Shown: positions 18,487 to 28,248 of the stretch, one piece after another | How the letters are laid out: each line of letters begins with the position of its first letter | How positions within the stretch are numbered: position 1 is the first letter of the stretch | Assembly (NCBI GenBank): GCA_019424925.1 | Contig: JAHYYO010000002.1 | Coordinates: 8,918-72,917 of the forward strand | Reading direction: 5' to 3' | DNA length: 64,000 bases | DNA from: Collinsella sp. | Lineage (GTDB): Bacteria; Actinomycetota; Coriobacteriia; Coriobacteriales; Coriobacteriaceae | Made by a program: the position numbers and the translations under genes | Notes under the pieces: generated by a model | Database searches by the model: none | The model's input: only the letters and a program-made list of their open reading frames with translations | What the model was told of the DNA's origin: nothing

Positions 18487-19926
18487 ATGCTTGACTATAA
18501 TTTGGAAAACCGCGGCGAAGCATCGCTCTATGAGTATGTTTACCAGCAAATTCGAGATGATATCGTAGCTGGACGCATTGCGGCGGGGGAACATCTGCCG
18601 TCTAAGCGCGCCTTTGCCAATCATCTGGGAATTAGTGTCATTACAATCGAAAATGCATATAGCCAGTTGCTTGCCGAGGGTTATATTTGCTCAAAGCCGC
18701 GCCGTGGTTACTACGCGTGCGAACTTCCGGATGCGCCGGTTTTGTCTTTGGCCGCGGGGGATATCGACCGAGATGCTGTCTCTGTTGGCCCCAGCGCGCA
18801 TGATTCCGACGGACAGACCGAGCAGTTCGAGGCTCTTTCTCCTTCCGCCTTGGAGGCGGCGCGGCTTTGGCAAAGCGCGCTACGGGCGACACTGATGTCC
18901 GAAGACGAACGTGAAATCTTTTCGCCCGCGCCGGCGCAGGGCACCGCTCGGCTGCGACGTGCGATTGCGCACCATCTACGCGGGACGAGGGGTATGAATG
19001 TCAATCCCGACAATATCGTTATCGGTGCGGGCGCCCAGTTGCTCGATACCATGTTGGTTCAGCTGCTTGGCACGGACAAGATATATGCCGTTGAGGATCC
19101 GGGCTATTTGCGCCTGACGCGCATCTATCAGGCTATGGGTTGCGAAGTGCGTCATATCCCGTTGGACGGTGAGGGCGTGGACTTGAGCGCTCTGCAGAAA
19201 ACCGGGGCGGATGTCCTTCACCTGATGCCGTCTCACCAATATCCGACCGGCCTTGTGACGAGCATTGCACGTCGCTATGCGCTGCTGAGCTGGGCCGCCG
19301 AACGGCCGAGTCGATATCTCATCGAAGACGACTTTGATTGCGAGTTTCGTCTGGCCGGCAAGCCGATTCCCGCGCTCGCGTCGATCGATGCCGCTCAATC
19401 GGTCATCTACACCAACACCTTTTCAAAAAGTCTGTCGTCGGCCCTGCGTTTGGCGTATATGGTCCTGCCTGATGAGCTGATGGAACGGTTTAGGCGCAAC
19501 CTTGGTTTTTACGCCTCGTCGGTGAGTTCTGTTGACCAGGTCGCTTTGGCTCGTTTACTGGAATCAGGCGATTACGAGCGCCATGTAAACCGGGTCCGCG
19601 TTCGCGCTCGCGAGACACGCGATGGCCTGGCGTCGCTTGTGCGGAAAGCGTTTCCAGCAGGGGAGGTCTCGATCGAACATGCAGATGCGGGCCTTTACTG
19701 CGTCGTGGCTGTGGAGCGTGACACGGGCGGAAGCTCTTTTATGCGGACCCTTACGCGCTTAAGCATCCCGTTCATCGATATCAGTGACTGTTATTGGTGT
19801 GCCGATGGCGCATCTGTTCCTAAAAACTCAAGTCAAATTCTTGTTCAGTATGACGATCTGAGTCCAAAAGTGCTAACAACCTTGGAATTGCAGCTAATGG
19901 GGGCACTCTGCAACCTAAGTGAGTAG
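18487..19926 (+). CDS. pdxR: MocR/GntR-family PLP-dependent regulator
   Basis: GntR HTH (LPSKRAFANHLGISVITIENAY), PSHQYPTG, EDDFD, TFSKSL; divergent from pdxST. Confidence 0.88.
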   Translation: MLDYNLENRGEASLYEYVYQQIRDDIVAGRIAAGEHLPSKRAFANHLGISVITIENAYSQLLAEGYICSKPRRGYYACELPDAPVLSLAAGDIDRDAVSVGPSAHDSDGQTEQFEALSPSALEAARLWQSALRATLMSEDEREIFSPAPAQGTARLRRAIAHHLRGTRGMNVNPDNIVIGAGAQLLDTMLVQLLGTDKIYAVEDPGYLRLTRIYQAMGCEVRHIPLDGEGVDLSALQKTGADVLHLMPSHQYPTGLVTSIARRYALLSWAAERPSRYLIEDDFDCEFRLAGKPIPALASIDAAQSVIYTNTFSKSLSSALRLAYMVLPDELMERFRRNLGFYASSVSSVDQVALARLLESGDYERHVNRVRVRARETRDGLASLVRKAFPAGEVSIEHADAGLYCVVAVERDTGGSSFMRTLTRLSIPFIDISDCYWCADGASVPKNSSQILVQYDDLSPKVLTTLELQLMGALCNLSE

Positions 19927-20035
19927 GCTTTTGGAACTTTGGCGACCAGGCAGTTTTGTAACAAGCTATCTACCTGCGGTTTTGAAAAGCAGGATGACTG
20001 GTCTGCTCGGGATGTTCCAAAAAGTCTACTCACTT
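19917..20035. repeat. 119-bp inverted-repeat element, copy 1
   Basis: AAGTGAGTAGGCTTTT...TACCTGCGG...AAAAGTCTACTCACTT. Confidence 0.88.
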
Positions 20036-20217
20036 GCCGCGCAAAGCTTCCGCACGAGAAAAAATGGGGTTTTCAACAGGGCCCCGTCCAGTTCTTGGCA
20101 AGCTTTTGGTCAGTTGGGGAGGGCTGTTGAAAACTTAGCGGTCCGTTCGGTGCCATTTTCGGTGCGTTCGCGCCAATGCGAGACAGGCTGGGTTGAGATT
20201 CGTGTTTTCCTGTGCCT

Positions 20218-21345
20218 ATGAAGGATCTGCTTTGTGACATATCGGCTTTTAGGTACTGGCGTTTGCCCCCTCAGGTCCGCGCTTTGTGTCCGCTGCTTCC
20301 ACGGCCGGAAGAAGACCGGCAGCGATATGAACTCGCCCGTAACCCGACGGCTGCGGTTGCGCTCGGTTTTCCGCTGTATACATTGGTTCGGACGAGAAAC
20401 AAACGGACTTGCCCTGCCAGCATTAGGCAGCGGCTGTTCCTTGGTGAGCTCCCCAGGGAATCCGTGCTGGAAACGGAGCATGGATTTTTGGTTACGTCTC
20501 CTCTACTGACGGCATTCATCATGTCGCGGCATCTGACGGATCTTCAGCTTCTTTTGGTATTGGCGGAGATGTGTGGCTTGTTTGCGGTGTGCGCTCTGCC
20601 GGCGGCACTTGAGGCGGAGCTTACGCGTGCAATTGATTCGGGCGCGATTTCGACAACCTTGGGTTGGGTGCGCTGCCCATCCGGGGATGACGCCGCCTCA
20701 AATTTATGGCGTCGTGACGCTTTGGTTTTGGGTGGAGACCTTGACCGTTTTTGTTCAGATGTTTGCGGGATGCGTTACGGCAATCGATTTATAGCGGTAT
20801 CGCGTCTCGTTCCATTGGGTGCCGCATCGCCTTTTGAGGTCGAGGCATATTTGTTGCTTGGATTGCCACGATCCCTGGGAGGCGAAGGTTTTTGCGGCAT
20901 AGAGCTCAATGTCGAAGTGTGGCTAAGCGCAAGTGCTCGAGCGATTGTGGGAAAGTCCCGTGTATATATCGACCTACTTCTGTCTTCGTCGGACGGCAGG
21001 CGACAGGTGGCCATTGATTGTCAGGGAAAGGCCTCGCACGGACGAGCAGGGGATGGCTTGCGTGACGCTGACCGCATGACGGCCCTTCAGGCCATGGGCT
21101 ACGATGTACTTCTCCTGACACACAGACAGATATCCGATGAGGATAGATTCCGCGCGGTCGTTAAGGCCGTATGCAGGATGCTCGATGCTGAATATCGTGA
21201 TAAAAGCTCAGATGAGCAAAGGGCCGAGACATTACTCCGGTCTGAACTATTCGTTGACTGGACAAAATTGGGAGTAATCGACGGAAAGATGCCCGTTAGA
21301 CACAAAACAGCTCGATCGTGGACGGCTGCAGTTCTAAGTGAGTAG
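20218..21345 (+). CDS. DUF559/Vsr-like endonuclease-fold protein with AbiEi-like N-terminal region
   Basis: SPFEVEAYLLLGLPRSLGGEG, VYIDL, VAIDCQGKASH, DADRMTALQAMGYDVLLLT pattern; family call by eye. Confidence 0.65.
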   Translation: MKDLLCDISAFRYWRLPPQVRALCPLLPRPEEDRQRYELARNPTAAVALGFPLYTLVRTRNKRTCPASIRQRLFLGELPRESVLETEHGFLVTSPLLTAFIMSRHLTDLQLLLVLAEMCGLFAVCALPAALEAELTRAIDSGAISTTLGWVRCPSGDDAASNLWRRDALVLGGDLDRFCSDVCGMRYGNRFIAVSRLVPLGAASPFEVEAYLLLGLPRSLGGEGFCGIELNVEVWLSASARAIVGKSRVYIDLLLSSSDGRRQVAIDCQGKASHGRAGDGLRDADRMTALQAMGYDVLLLTHRQISDEDRFRAVVKAVCRMLDAEYRDKSSDEQRAETLLRSELFVDWTKLGVIDGKMPVRHKTARSWTAAVLSE

Positions 21346-21454
21346 ACTTTTGGCGCTTTGGCGACCGGGCCGTTTTGCAACAAGTCATTTACCTGCGGCT
21401 TTATAAAGCAATATGGATGGTGTGCTCGACAAGTTCCAAAAAGTCTACTCACTT
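21336..21454. repeat. 119-bp inverted-repeat element, copy 2
   Basis: AAGTGAGTAGACTTTT...TACCTGCGG...AAAAGTCTACTCACTT. Confidence 0.88.
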
Positions 21455-21586
21455 AGTTTTTGACGAGAAACCGATGCCGAAGGCGGTCCTATTTCAGAGC
21501 GTTAACAAATTCGTGAGGCACGAAAAAGGCCCGAACCATGCGGTCCGGGCCTTATCGAGCTAAAGATTATCTCTCAGGCGGCTGGC

Positions 21587-22147
21587 TTAGCCAAAGTAGC
21601 GCTTGAGCAGACCGGCGAAAGCCTTGCCGTGGCGGGCCTCGTCGCGAGCCATCTCGTGCACGGTGTCGTGGATGGCATCGAGGCCAGCGGCCTTGGCGCG
21701 CTTGGCAAGATCGGTCTTGCCGGCGGTGGCGCCGTTCTCGGCCTCAACGCGCATCTCGAGGTTCTTCTTGGTGGAGTCGGTCACGACCTCGCCCAGGAGC
21801 TCGGCGAACTTGGCGGCGTGCTCGGCCTCCTCGTGGGCAGCCTTCTCCCAGTACAGACCGATCTCGGGATAACCCTCGCGATGAGCAACGCGAGCCATGG
21901 CCAGGTACATACCGACCTCGGAGCACTCGCCCTCAAAGTTGGCGCGCAGATCGGCAACGATGTCCTCGGAGACGCCCTCCATCTTGGCGACGCCCACGAC
22001 GTGCTCGGCAGCCCACTCGAGCTGGCCCTCCTCCTGCTTCAGGAAGCGAGAGCCGGGAACGCCGCACTGGGGGCACTTGAAATCCTCGGGCAGCTGGTCG
22101 CCGTCGAACTCTTCCACATAACCGCAAACGGGGCAAACAAACTTCAT
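21587..22147 (-). CDS. Reverse rubrerythrin (NADH peroxidase)
   Basis: N-terminal rubredoxin CPVCG...CPQCG, then diiron motifs EAEH and EARH; start at MKFVC. Confidence 0.9.
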   Translation of the reverse strand: MKFVCPVCGYVEEFDGDQLPEDFKCPQCGVPGSRFLKQEEGQLEWAAEHVVGVAKMEGVSEDIVADLRANFEGECSEVGMYLAMARVAHREGYPEIGLYWEKAAHEEAEHAAKFAELLGEVVTDSTKKNLEMRVEAENGATAGKTDLAKRAKAAGLDAIHDTVHEMARDEARHGKAFAGLLKRYFG

Positions 22148-22403
22148 GATTCGATCCTTTCGATCGATGGCGATGGTGCGCTCGTCCGGTCCCGTAAGGG
22201 CCCTCTCCGGACGTGCGTCTTGACGAGTTCTATTATCCATAAATGAGACCGAATGTGAAGCCTATTAGGAATGATTTTTAATAAAACAATTTAAGCATGT
22301 GTAGATGTTGATTGATTAACGATTGCTAGACCTCGTGCGACCTCCGATGAGTACAATCGGTCGAGCAAATGTTGACCAATCAACAAATGAAGGAGCTTCC
22401 TTT

Positions 22404-23624
22404 ATGCATCTAGCCCGCCGCGCCTGGTGCCGAACGTATCAAACGGTTTTTCGCATCGCATTGCCGGTGCTGCCCTATACCGAGCCACGCATTTTAGAGC
22501 ACGCTGAGGAAGTGCCCGCAGTGCTTCAAAAGCGTTCAATACACCATGTTCTTATCGTGACAGATCCCGGCATTGCCCGTCTGGGGCTCACGGCACCGCT
22601 CGAGACAGCGCTCGCGTCCAAGGGAATTAGCGCTGCGGTCTATGCCGAAACATGTGCGAACCCCACGGTCTCAAACGTGGAGGAAGCGGCATCTCTGTAT
22701 CGAGAGAGCGCCTGCCAGGCCATTATCGGCTTTGGCGGCGGTTCGGCCATGGACTGCGCCAAGGGCGTGGGCGCGCGCATCGCGCAGCCAAAGAAGCCCA
22801 TCAACAAGATGCGCGGCCTGTTGCGTATCCATCGTCGCCTGCCGCTGCTCATCGCCGTTCCCACCACGGCGGGCACGGGAAGCGAGGTCACGCTTGCAGC
22901 GGTAATTACCGACGACGAGACGCACTACAAGTATCCCATTAACGACTTTGTGCTGATCCCGCGCTTTGCGGTGCACGACCCCGAGTTTACGCGCGGCCTG
23001 CCCGCCTCCATTACGGGGCAAACGGGCATGGACGCCCTGACACATGCCGTCGAGGCCTTTATCGGGCGCAGCACCACGCCCTATACGCGCAAGATGGCGC
23101 GCCAGGCGGTGCAGCTCATCCACGACAATTTGCTCGAGGCCTATGAGTGCGGTGGCAACATGCGTGCGCGCCGCAATATGCTTTCGGCGGCGTATAAAGC
23201 GGGCGTTGCCTTTACGCGCTCTTATGTTGGATACGTCCATGCCATCGCGCACAGCCTGGGCGGGCGTTACGGGATTCCCCACGGCTTGGCCAACGCCATC
23301 ATCCTGCCGCACATGCTTCGCGCCTATGGCGAAGCTGCTGCTCCCAAGCTCGCCGATCTCGCCCGCATGGCCGGCATTGCGCCGGCTAATGCGCTGGACA
23401 ACGTGGCTGCTGAGGCCTTTATCGATTGGGTCGACCGCATGAACGCCGCCTTGGGCATACCCAAATATGTGACGGGCATTCGCCGCTCCGACATTCCTGA
23501 GATGGCGGCGCATGCCGATGCCGAGGCCAATCCCCTGTACCCCGTTCCGCTTTTAATGGACCGTTTGGAGCTCGAGCATATGTACGAGGTCGTTGCGGGT
23601 GGTATGTTTGAAGACGAGAACTAG
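22404..23624 (+). CDS. Iron-containing alcohol dehydrogenase
   Basis: GGGSAMD, PTTAGTGSE, GMDALTHAVE, HAIAH, HGLAN. Confidence 0.92.
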   Translation: MHLARRAWCRTYQTVFRIALPVLPYTEPRILEHAEEVPAVLQKRSIHHVLIVTDPGIARLGLTAPLETALASKGISAAVYAETCANPTVSNVEEAASLYRESACQAIIGFGGGSAMDCAKGVGARIAQPKKPINKMRGLLRIHRRLPLLIAVPTTAGTGSEVTLAAVITDDETHYKYPINDFVLIPRFAVHDPEFTRGLPASITGQTGMDALTHAVEAFIGRSTTPYTRKMARQAVQLIHDNLLEAYECGGNMRARRNMLSAAYKAGVAFTRSYVGYVHAIAHSLGGRYGIPHGLANAIILPHMLRAYGEAAAPKLADLARMAGIAPANALDNVAAEAFIDWVDRMNAALGIPKYVTGIRRSDIPEMAAHADAEANPLYPVPLLMDRLELEHMYEVVAGGMFEDEN

Positions 23625-23632
23625 GAGGGCCC

Positions 23633-25012
23633 ATGAACACCGAGGAAATTGCGCGCATCGTCGGCGATCAGCGCGCCTACTTTAAGACGCACGCCACGTT
23701 TGATGTCGATGCTCGACGTCGTGCGCTCGTGAGTTTACGCGATGCGGTGCGGGCCCACGAGGCCGATATTGCCCATGCGCTCAAGACCGATTTGGGTAAG
23801 TCACATGACGAGGCGTATATGTGCGAGATCGGCACCTCGCTTTCCGAGATTCGACATCAGATTGCGCATGTGGCCCGATGGAGCCGTGCCCACTTGCGCC
23901 CGTGCGACCTCGCCAATGCTATTAGTGTGTGCAAGACGCAGTCCGTGCCCTATGGCGTCACACTCATCATGGCTCCGTGGAACTACCCGTTTTTGCTGAC
24001 GCTCGAGCCGCTCGCTGGCGCTCTTGCCGCGGGCAACACCGTGGTCATCAAGCCGAGTGCCTATGCTCCGGCATCGAGCGCAGTGCTCAAGCAAATCTGC
24101 GAAGAAGCGTTTGATTCGCGCCTGGTGGCAGTTGTCGAGGGCGGGCGCGCCGAGAACGAAGCGCTGCTCGATGAGTGCTGGGACAAGATCTTCTTTACCG
24201 GTAGCGTTCCGGTCGGCAAGCTCGTCATGGAGCGCGCAAGTAAAAACCTTACGCCCGTGACGCTTGAGCTGGGCGGAAAGAGTCCCTGCATCGTGGATGC
24301 GACGGCAAACTTGAAGGTCGCGGCGCGGCGTATCGCCTTTGGTAAATGGCTCAACGTGGGGCAGACCTGCGTGGCGCCCGACTACCTGCTGGTCGATGCG
24401 CGCGTGCATGACGAGCTGCTGGACCTTATCAAGGAGGAGGTCCGCCGTATGTTTGGCGAGCATCCGCTCGATAACGAGGATTACGGACATATCGTCAACG
24501 CCAAGCATTTTGCGCGCGTGCGTGGGCTGATCGACCCCGACAAGGTTGTGCTGGGAGGCACGGCGCGCGAGTCGTCGCTCAAGATCGAGCCGACGATTTT
24601 GGACGGCGTGACCCCCGATGACGCCGTAATGCAGGAGGAGATTTTCGGCCCGATCTTACCGGTGCTGGCGTTTGATGACCTGGATGAGGCCGAGACGTTT
24701 ATTACGGATCGTCCGACGCCGCTGGCCCTGTATGTCTTTAGCCAGGACCGTGCGGCTCAGCAGCGCTTTGTGCGCTACGTGCCCTTTGGCGGCGGCTGTG
24801 TTAATGACACCATTATGCATTTGGCTACGAGTCATATGGGCTTTGGCGGCATGGGCGCGAGCGGCATGGGGCAGTACCATGGCCGCGAGAGCTTCGATAC
24901 GTTTAGTCACAAGAAGAGCATCGTGAACAAGGCAACGTGGCTGGACGTGCCGTTCCGCTATGCCCCTTACGCAAACTGGAAGCACAAGTTCGTGCGCATG
25001 TTTGTGCATTAG
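23633..25012 (+). CDS. Aldehyde dehydrogenase (ALDH3-like)
   Basis: PWNYP, FTGS, LELGGKSP, GQTCVAPD, EEIFGP. Confidence 0.93.
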   Translation: MNTEEIARIVGDQRAYFKTHATFDVDARRRALVSLRDAVRAHEADIAHALKTDLGKSHDEAYMCEIGTSLSEIRHQIAHVARWSRAHLRPCDLANAISVCKTQSVPYGVTLIMAPWNYPFLLTLEPLAGALAAGNTVVIKPSAYAPASSAVLKQICEEAFDSRLVAVVEGGRAENEALLDECWDKIFFTGSVPVGKLVMERASKNLTPVTLELGGKSPCIVDATANLKVAARRIAFGKWLNVGQTCVAPDYLLVDARVHDELLDLIKEEVRRMFGEHPLDNEDYGHIVNAKHFARVRGLIDPDKVVLGGTARESSLKIEPTILDGVTPDDAVMQEEIFGPILPVLAFDDLDEAETFITDRPTPLALYVFSQDRAAQQRFVRYVPFGGGCVNDTIMHLATSHMGFGGMGASGMGQYHGRESFDTFSHKKSIVNKATWLDVPFRYAPYANWKHKFVRMFVH

Positions 25013-25135
25013 ATTCAGATGGTGTAGCGACAAACGGTCGAAAAGGCGCGGGCGGGGCGAATTTGTGTCCGCACGGGCCCGTAAGCTTCTCAGTACGGTT
25101 AAGCGCCGATTTATCCGGCTGTTAGAGGAGCTGCT

Positions 25136-25462
25136 ATGTACGAGCCTTCACGTGTTCTTCTGTCATTTCACATTGCAGGATTTCAGTATGCTGATGGCGC
25201 CTTGGTCCTGGGCGATCTTAAAGCGGGCGATAAACTGACACTGTGTGCCGAGCGCGATAATCCCCATGACCCCGAGGCAGTTGCGATCTACTATGGCAAG
25301 ACCAAACTTGGCTACGTTCCGGGAAACGAGATCGGCCCACTGTCCTTGATGATGTATTACGGCCATGAGGACGTATTTGAGGCCCGCGTGCAACAGGTTG
25401 CTCCCGAACGCAGCCCGTGGCATCAGGTGCGCGTTGGACTCTACGTGGTGGATGCTCGCTAA
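25136..25462 (+). CDS. Stand-alone HIRAN-domain protein
   Basis: IAGFQY...L..E.DNPHDPEAVAI...KLGYVP; GAGGAG RBS. Confidence 0.85.
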   Translation: MYEPSRVLLSFHIAGFQYADGALVLGDLKAGDKLTLCAERDNPHDPEAVAIYYGKTKLGYVPGNEIGPLSLMMYYGHEDVFEARVQQVAPERSPWHQVRVGLYVVDAR

Positions 25463-25480
25463 TCGGTAAGGGAGGCGGCC

Positions 25481-25660
25481 ATGTTTGATAACGATGATCT
25501 GTTCGATCTGACAGACGATCCGTTTGAGTGGGATCTGCTACTCGATGACGATGAGTTGGAGCAGGATCGTAAGAAACGGCAGGGCAAGAACGCCCAGAGT
25601 GATGCGTCGAAAAAGAAAGACAAGCGCCGCCGCGGACTGTTCGGCGGGCTCTTTGGATAA
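25481..25660 (+). CDS. Small 59-aa protein absent from the ORF track
   Basis: AAGGGAGG RBS; MFDNDDLFDLTDDPFEWDLLLDDDELEQDRKKRQGKNAQSDASKKKDKRRRGLFGGLFG. Confidence 0.65.
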   Translation: MFDNDDLFDLTDDPFEWDLLLDDDELEQDRKKRQGKNAQSDASKKKDKRRRGLFGGLFG

Positions 25661-25726
25661 CCGCCGCATCGCTACGTCTGTATACTTAGCACGAGTTGAA
25701 CGCGTTGCGAAATGAGGGCATAGACG

Positions 25727-26272
25727 ATGATGTGGTTTACCGCCGACCTGCACCTGGGCGATACGAATATCTTGCACGACATGGATCGGCCGTTTGATTC
25801 GGTCGAGGAGATGAACCGCAAGGTCATCGATGCCATCAATGAGTGCGTGGCTGTGGACGACCGCCTCTATATCTTGGGAGACTTTACCTATCGTTTGCCC
25901 CTGGCAGAGGCGGTGCGCCTGCGCGAGCGTATCGAATGCAAGAATGTGACGCTCATCCGTGGTAACCATGACGGCGACTGGGAAGATCCCGACGTACCGC
26001 AGATTTGGGAAGACGTGCGCGATTACCTGGAGATTGCTCCCGGCTATGCCAAGGGGCATCGTCTGGTTATGAGCCACTACCCCATGCTCAGCTGGAATGG
26101 TAAGGCGCGTGGCGCCATCATGCTACACGGGCATATTCACAGCAGAGGAGACCGCACCAACGCTCGCAACCGCGATCGCGAGCGCCCCATTTACCGCTAC
26201 GATGTGGGCCTCGACGCCAACAACTACAAGCCCGTAAGCCGAGACCAGATCCTGAATTTCTTTGGACTGTAG
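25727..26272 (+). CDS. Calcineurin-like metallophosphoesterase
   Basis: FTADLHLG, ILGD, RGNHD, SHYP, HGHIH. Confidence 0.88.
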   Translation: MMWFTADLHLGDTNILHDMDRPFDSVEEMNRKVIDAINECVAVDDRLYILGDFTYRLPLAEAVRLRERIECKNVTLIRGNHDGDWEDPDVPQIWEDVRDYLEIAPGYAKGHRLVMSHYPMLSWNGKARGAIMLHGHIHSRGDRTNARNRDRERPIYRYDVGLDANNYKPVSRDQILNFFGL

Positions 26273-26278
26273 CTCGCA

Positions 26279-26315
26279 AACCGCCACGAAGGGGACAGGC
26301 ACCTTTGTGGTGGTT
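26279..26315. repeat. REP-like hairpin with GGGACAGG centre
   Basis: AACCGCCACGAAGG-ggacaggca-CCTTTGTGGTGGTT. Confidence 0.6.
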
Positions 26316-26410
26316 CTGGCGCCGTTGCCATTATGGCGGCGGCGTCTTTTTTGTCCGTGCGGCGCGGTAGAGTGTAGGCGGTTGAAATTTGCGTCCATCG
26401 AGGAGCTGCC

Positions 26411-28168
26411 ATGAACGAGATCAAGTGCCCGCATTGCGGCGAAGTTTTTAAGGTCGATGCGTCCGGTTATGCGGATATCGTCAAGCAGGTGCGCGATGCC
26501 GAGTTCTCGCGCGACCTGGATGAGCGCGTGAAGGCGGTCCAGCGCGAGGGCGAGCAGGCACTGGAGCTTGAGCGCTCGCGCTCGACGGCTGCTTTGCAAA
26601 AGGCAGAGTCTCAGCGCGACGCTCAGCTTGTCGAGCAGAAGAATGCTGCAGCTCAGCAGCTGGCGCAAGAGGTTGCCAAGCGCGACGCTGAGCTTGCCGA
26701 GCTGCGCGCCAAGCTCGAAGGCGCTGCCGCAGAGCGCGAGAGTGCAAGTCAGCGCGCGGCGGTTGAGGCCCGTTCCGATGCTCAAAAGGAGAATGCCGAG
26801 CTTCAGCGCGAGATCGACAATTTACGTGCGCAGTTGGAGCGCAAAGATGATGAAGCCAGGCTTGCCGAGGCGGCGGCACGCAATGCTGCTCAAAACGACC
26901 TGTCCGCGCGCGACGCTCAGATTGCCGAGCTGCAGGCCAGGCTCGCCGCGGCGGACAAGGCCCAGGAGATGGCGCTTGCCGCTGCCGCGGCAGAGTCGCA
27001 GCGTGAGCTCGATGCCGCTCGCAGCGAGGCCGAGCGCGCGCTTACTGACTATCGCGCGAAGGTGCAAGAGAAGTTTTCCGCCGCAAGGGCTCAGTCTGAG
27101 CAGGAGGCCGAGGGTCTGCGTGCGAAGCTGCGCGAGCAGGAGCTGATGGCAAAAATGAGCCTGTCTGAGGCGGTCGCCGCGGCGGAGCGTGAGCGTGATG
27201 AGGCGCGTGCCAAACTGACGAGCGAGCTGGCAGTGCGCGATTCGCGCGAGGAACAGGCCAAGGCGGCACACGAGCTCGAGCTTGCGCAGGCCAAACGTGC
27301 GAGCGATGATCTGATTCGCTACAAGGATGAAGAGATCGAGCGCCTTAAGGATATGAAGGTTCGCCTGTCCACCAAGATGGTGGGCGAGTCGCTCGAGCAG
27401 CACTGCGAGACCGAGTTCAACCGTCTGCGCATGACGGCGTTTCCCAATGCGTACTTCGAGAAAGATAACGATGCATCCGAGGGCACCAAGGGAGACTTCA
27501 TTTTCCGCGAGTGCGACGCGAGCGGCAACGAGGTCATTTCGATTATGTTCGAGATGAAAAACGAGAACGACGAGACCGCGACCAAGCATAAAAACGAGGA
27601 CTTCTTTAAGAAACTCGATCACGATCGTCGCCAGAAAAGCTGTGAGTACGCGGTGCTCTGCACGCTGCTCGAGCCCGAGAGCGAGCTCTACAACGCGGGA
27701 ATCGTGGACGTGAGCTATCGCTACGAGAAGATGTATGTGATTCGCCCGCAGTTCTTCATTCCCATCATTACGCTGCTGCGCAATGCCGCCATGGGTTCGC
27801 TTCGCTATAAGCAGGAGCTGGCGGAGTACAAGCAGCAGAATATCGATGTCACGAACTTCGAAGCCAAGATGGAGAAGTTCAAGAACGATTTCGGCCGCAA
27901 CTACGAGATCGCGAGCCGCAAGTTCCAAACGGCAATCGATGAGATCGACAAGACGATTAGCCATCTGCAGAAAACCAAGGAGGCGTTGCTGTCCTCCGAG
28001 AACAATCTGCGCCTTGCCAACAAGAAAGCCGACGATCTTACCATTCGCAAGCTCACGTGGGGCAACAAGACCATGAAAGCAGCGTTTGACGAGGCGCGCG
28101 GGGCCGCGACAGAGACGAACGATGAGCCAGCCGAGGCGGATTCGTATGAGGTCGAGGATGCCGAGTAG
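26411..28168 (+). CDS. DUF2130-family coiled-coil protein
   Basis: [10 protein letters not shown] zinc knuckle, long Ala/Glu coiled coil, [28 protein letters not shown]. Confidence 0.82.
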   Translation: MNEIKCPHCGEVFKVDASGYADIVKQVRDAEFSRDLDERVKAVQREGEQALELERSRSTAALQKAESQRDAQLVEQKNAAAQQLAQEVAKRDAELAELRAKLEGAAAERESASQRAAVEARSDAQKENAELQREIDNLRAQLERKDDEARLAEAAARNAAQNDLSARDAQIAELQARLAAADKAQEMALAAAAAESQRELDAARSEAERALTDYRAKVQEKFSAARAQSEQEAEGLRAKLREQELMAKMSLSEAVAAAERERDEARAKLTSELAVRDSREEQAKAAHELELAQAKRASDDLIRYKDEEIERLKDMKVRLSTKMVGESLEQHCETEFNRLRMTAFPNAYFEKDNDASEGTKGDFIFRECDASGNEVISIMFEMKNENDETATKHKNEDFFKKLDHDRRQKSCEYAVLCTLLEPESELYNAGIVDVSYRYEKMYVIRPQFFIPIITLLRNAAMGSLRYKQELAEYKQQNIDVTNFEAKMEKFKNDFGRNYEIASRKFQTAIDEIDKTISHLQKTKEALLSSENNLRLANKKADDLTIRKLTWGNKTMKAAFDEARGAATETNDEPAEADSYEVEDAE

Positions 28169-28248
28169 GGGATAGCGTATCGCGCAAAAAGCGGGGCCGC
28201 TGGCGATGTTGCCAGCGACCCCGCTTTGTTTCGTCCCATTGCGCCCGG

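Noticed and set aside
19917..21454. Classical IS or composite transposon
   Set aside because: No DDE, HUH or recombinase motifs recognised in the enclosed protein and no clear target-site duplication; kept as an unexplained repeat-gene association.
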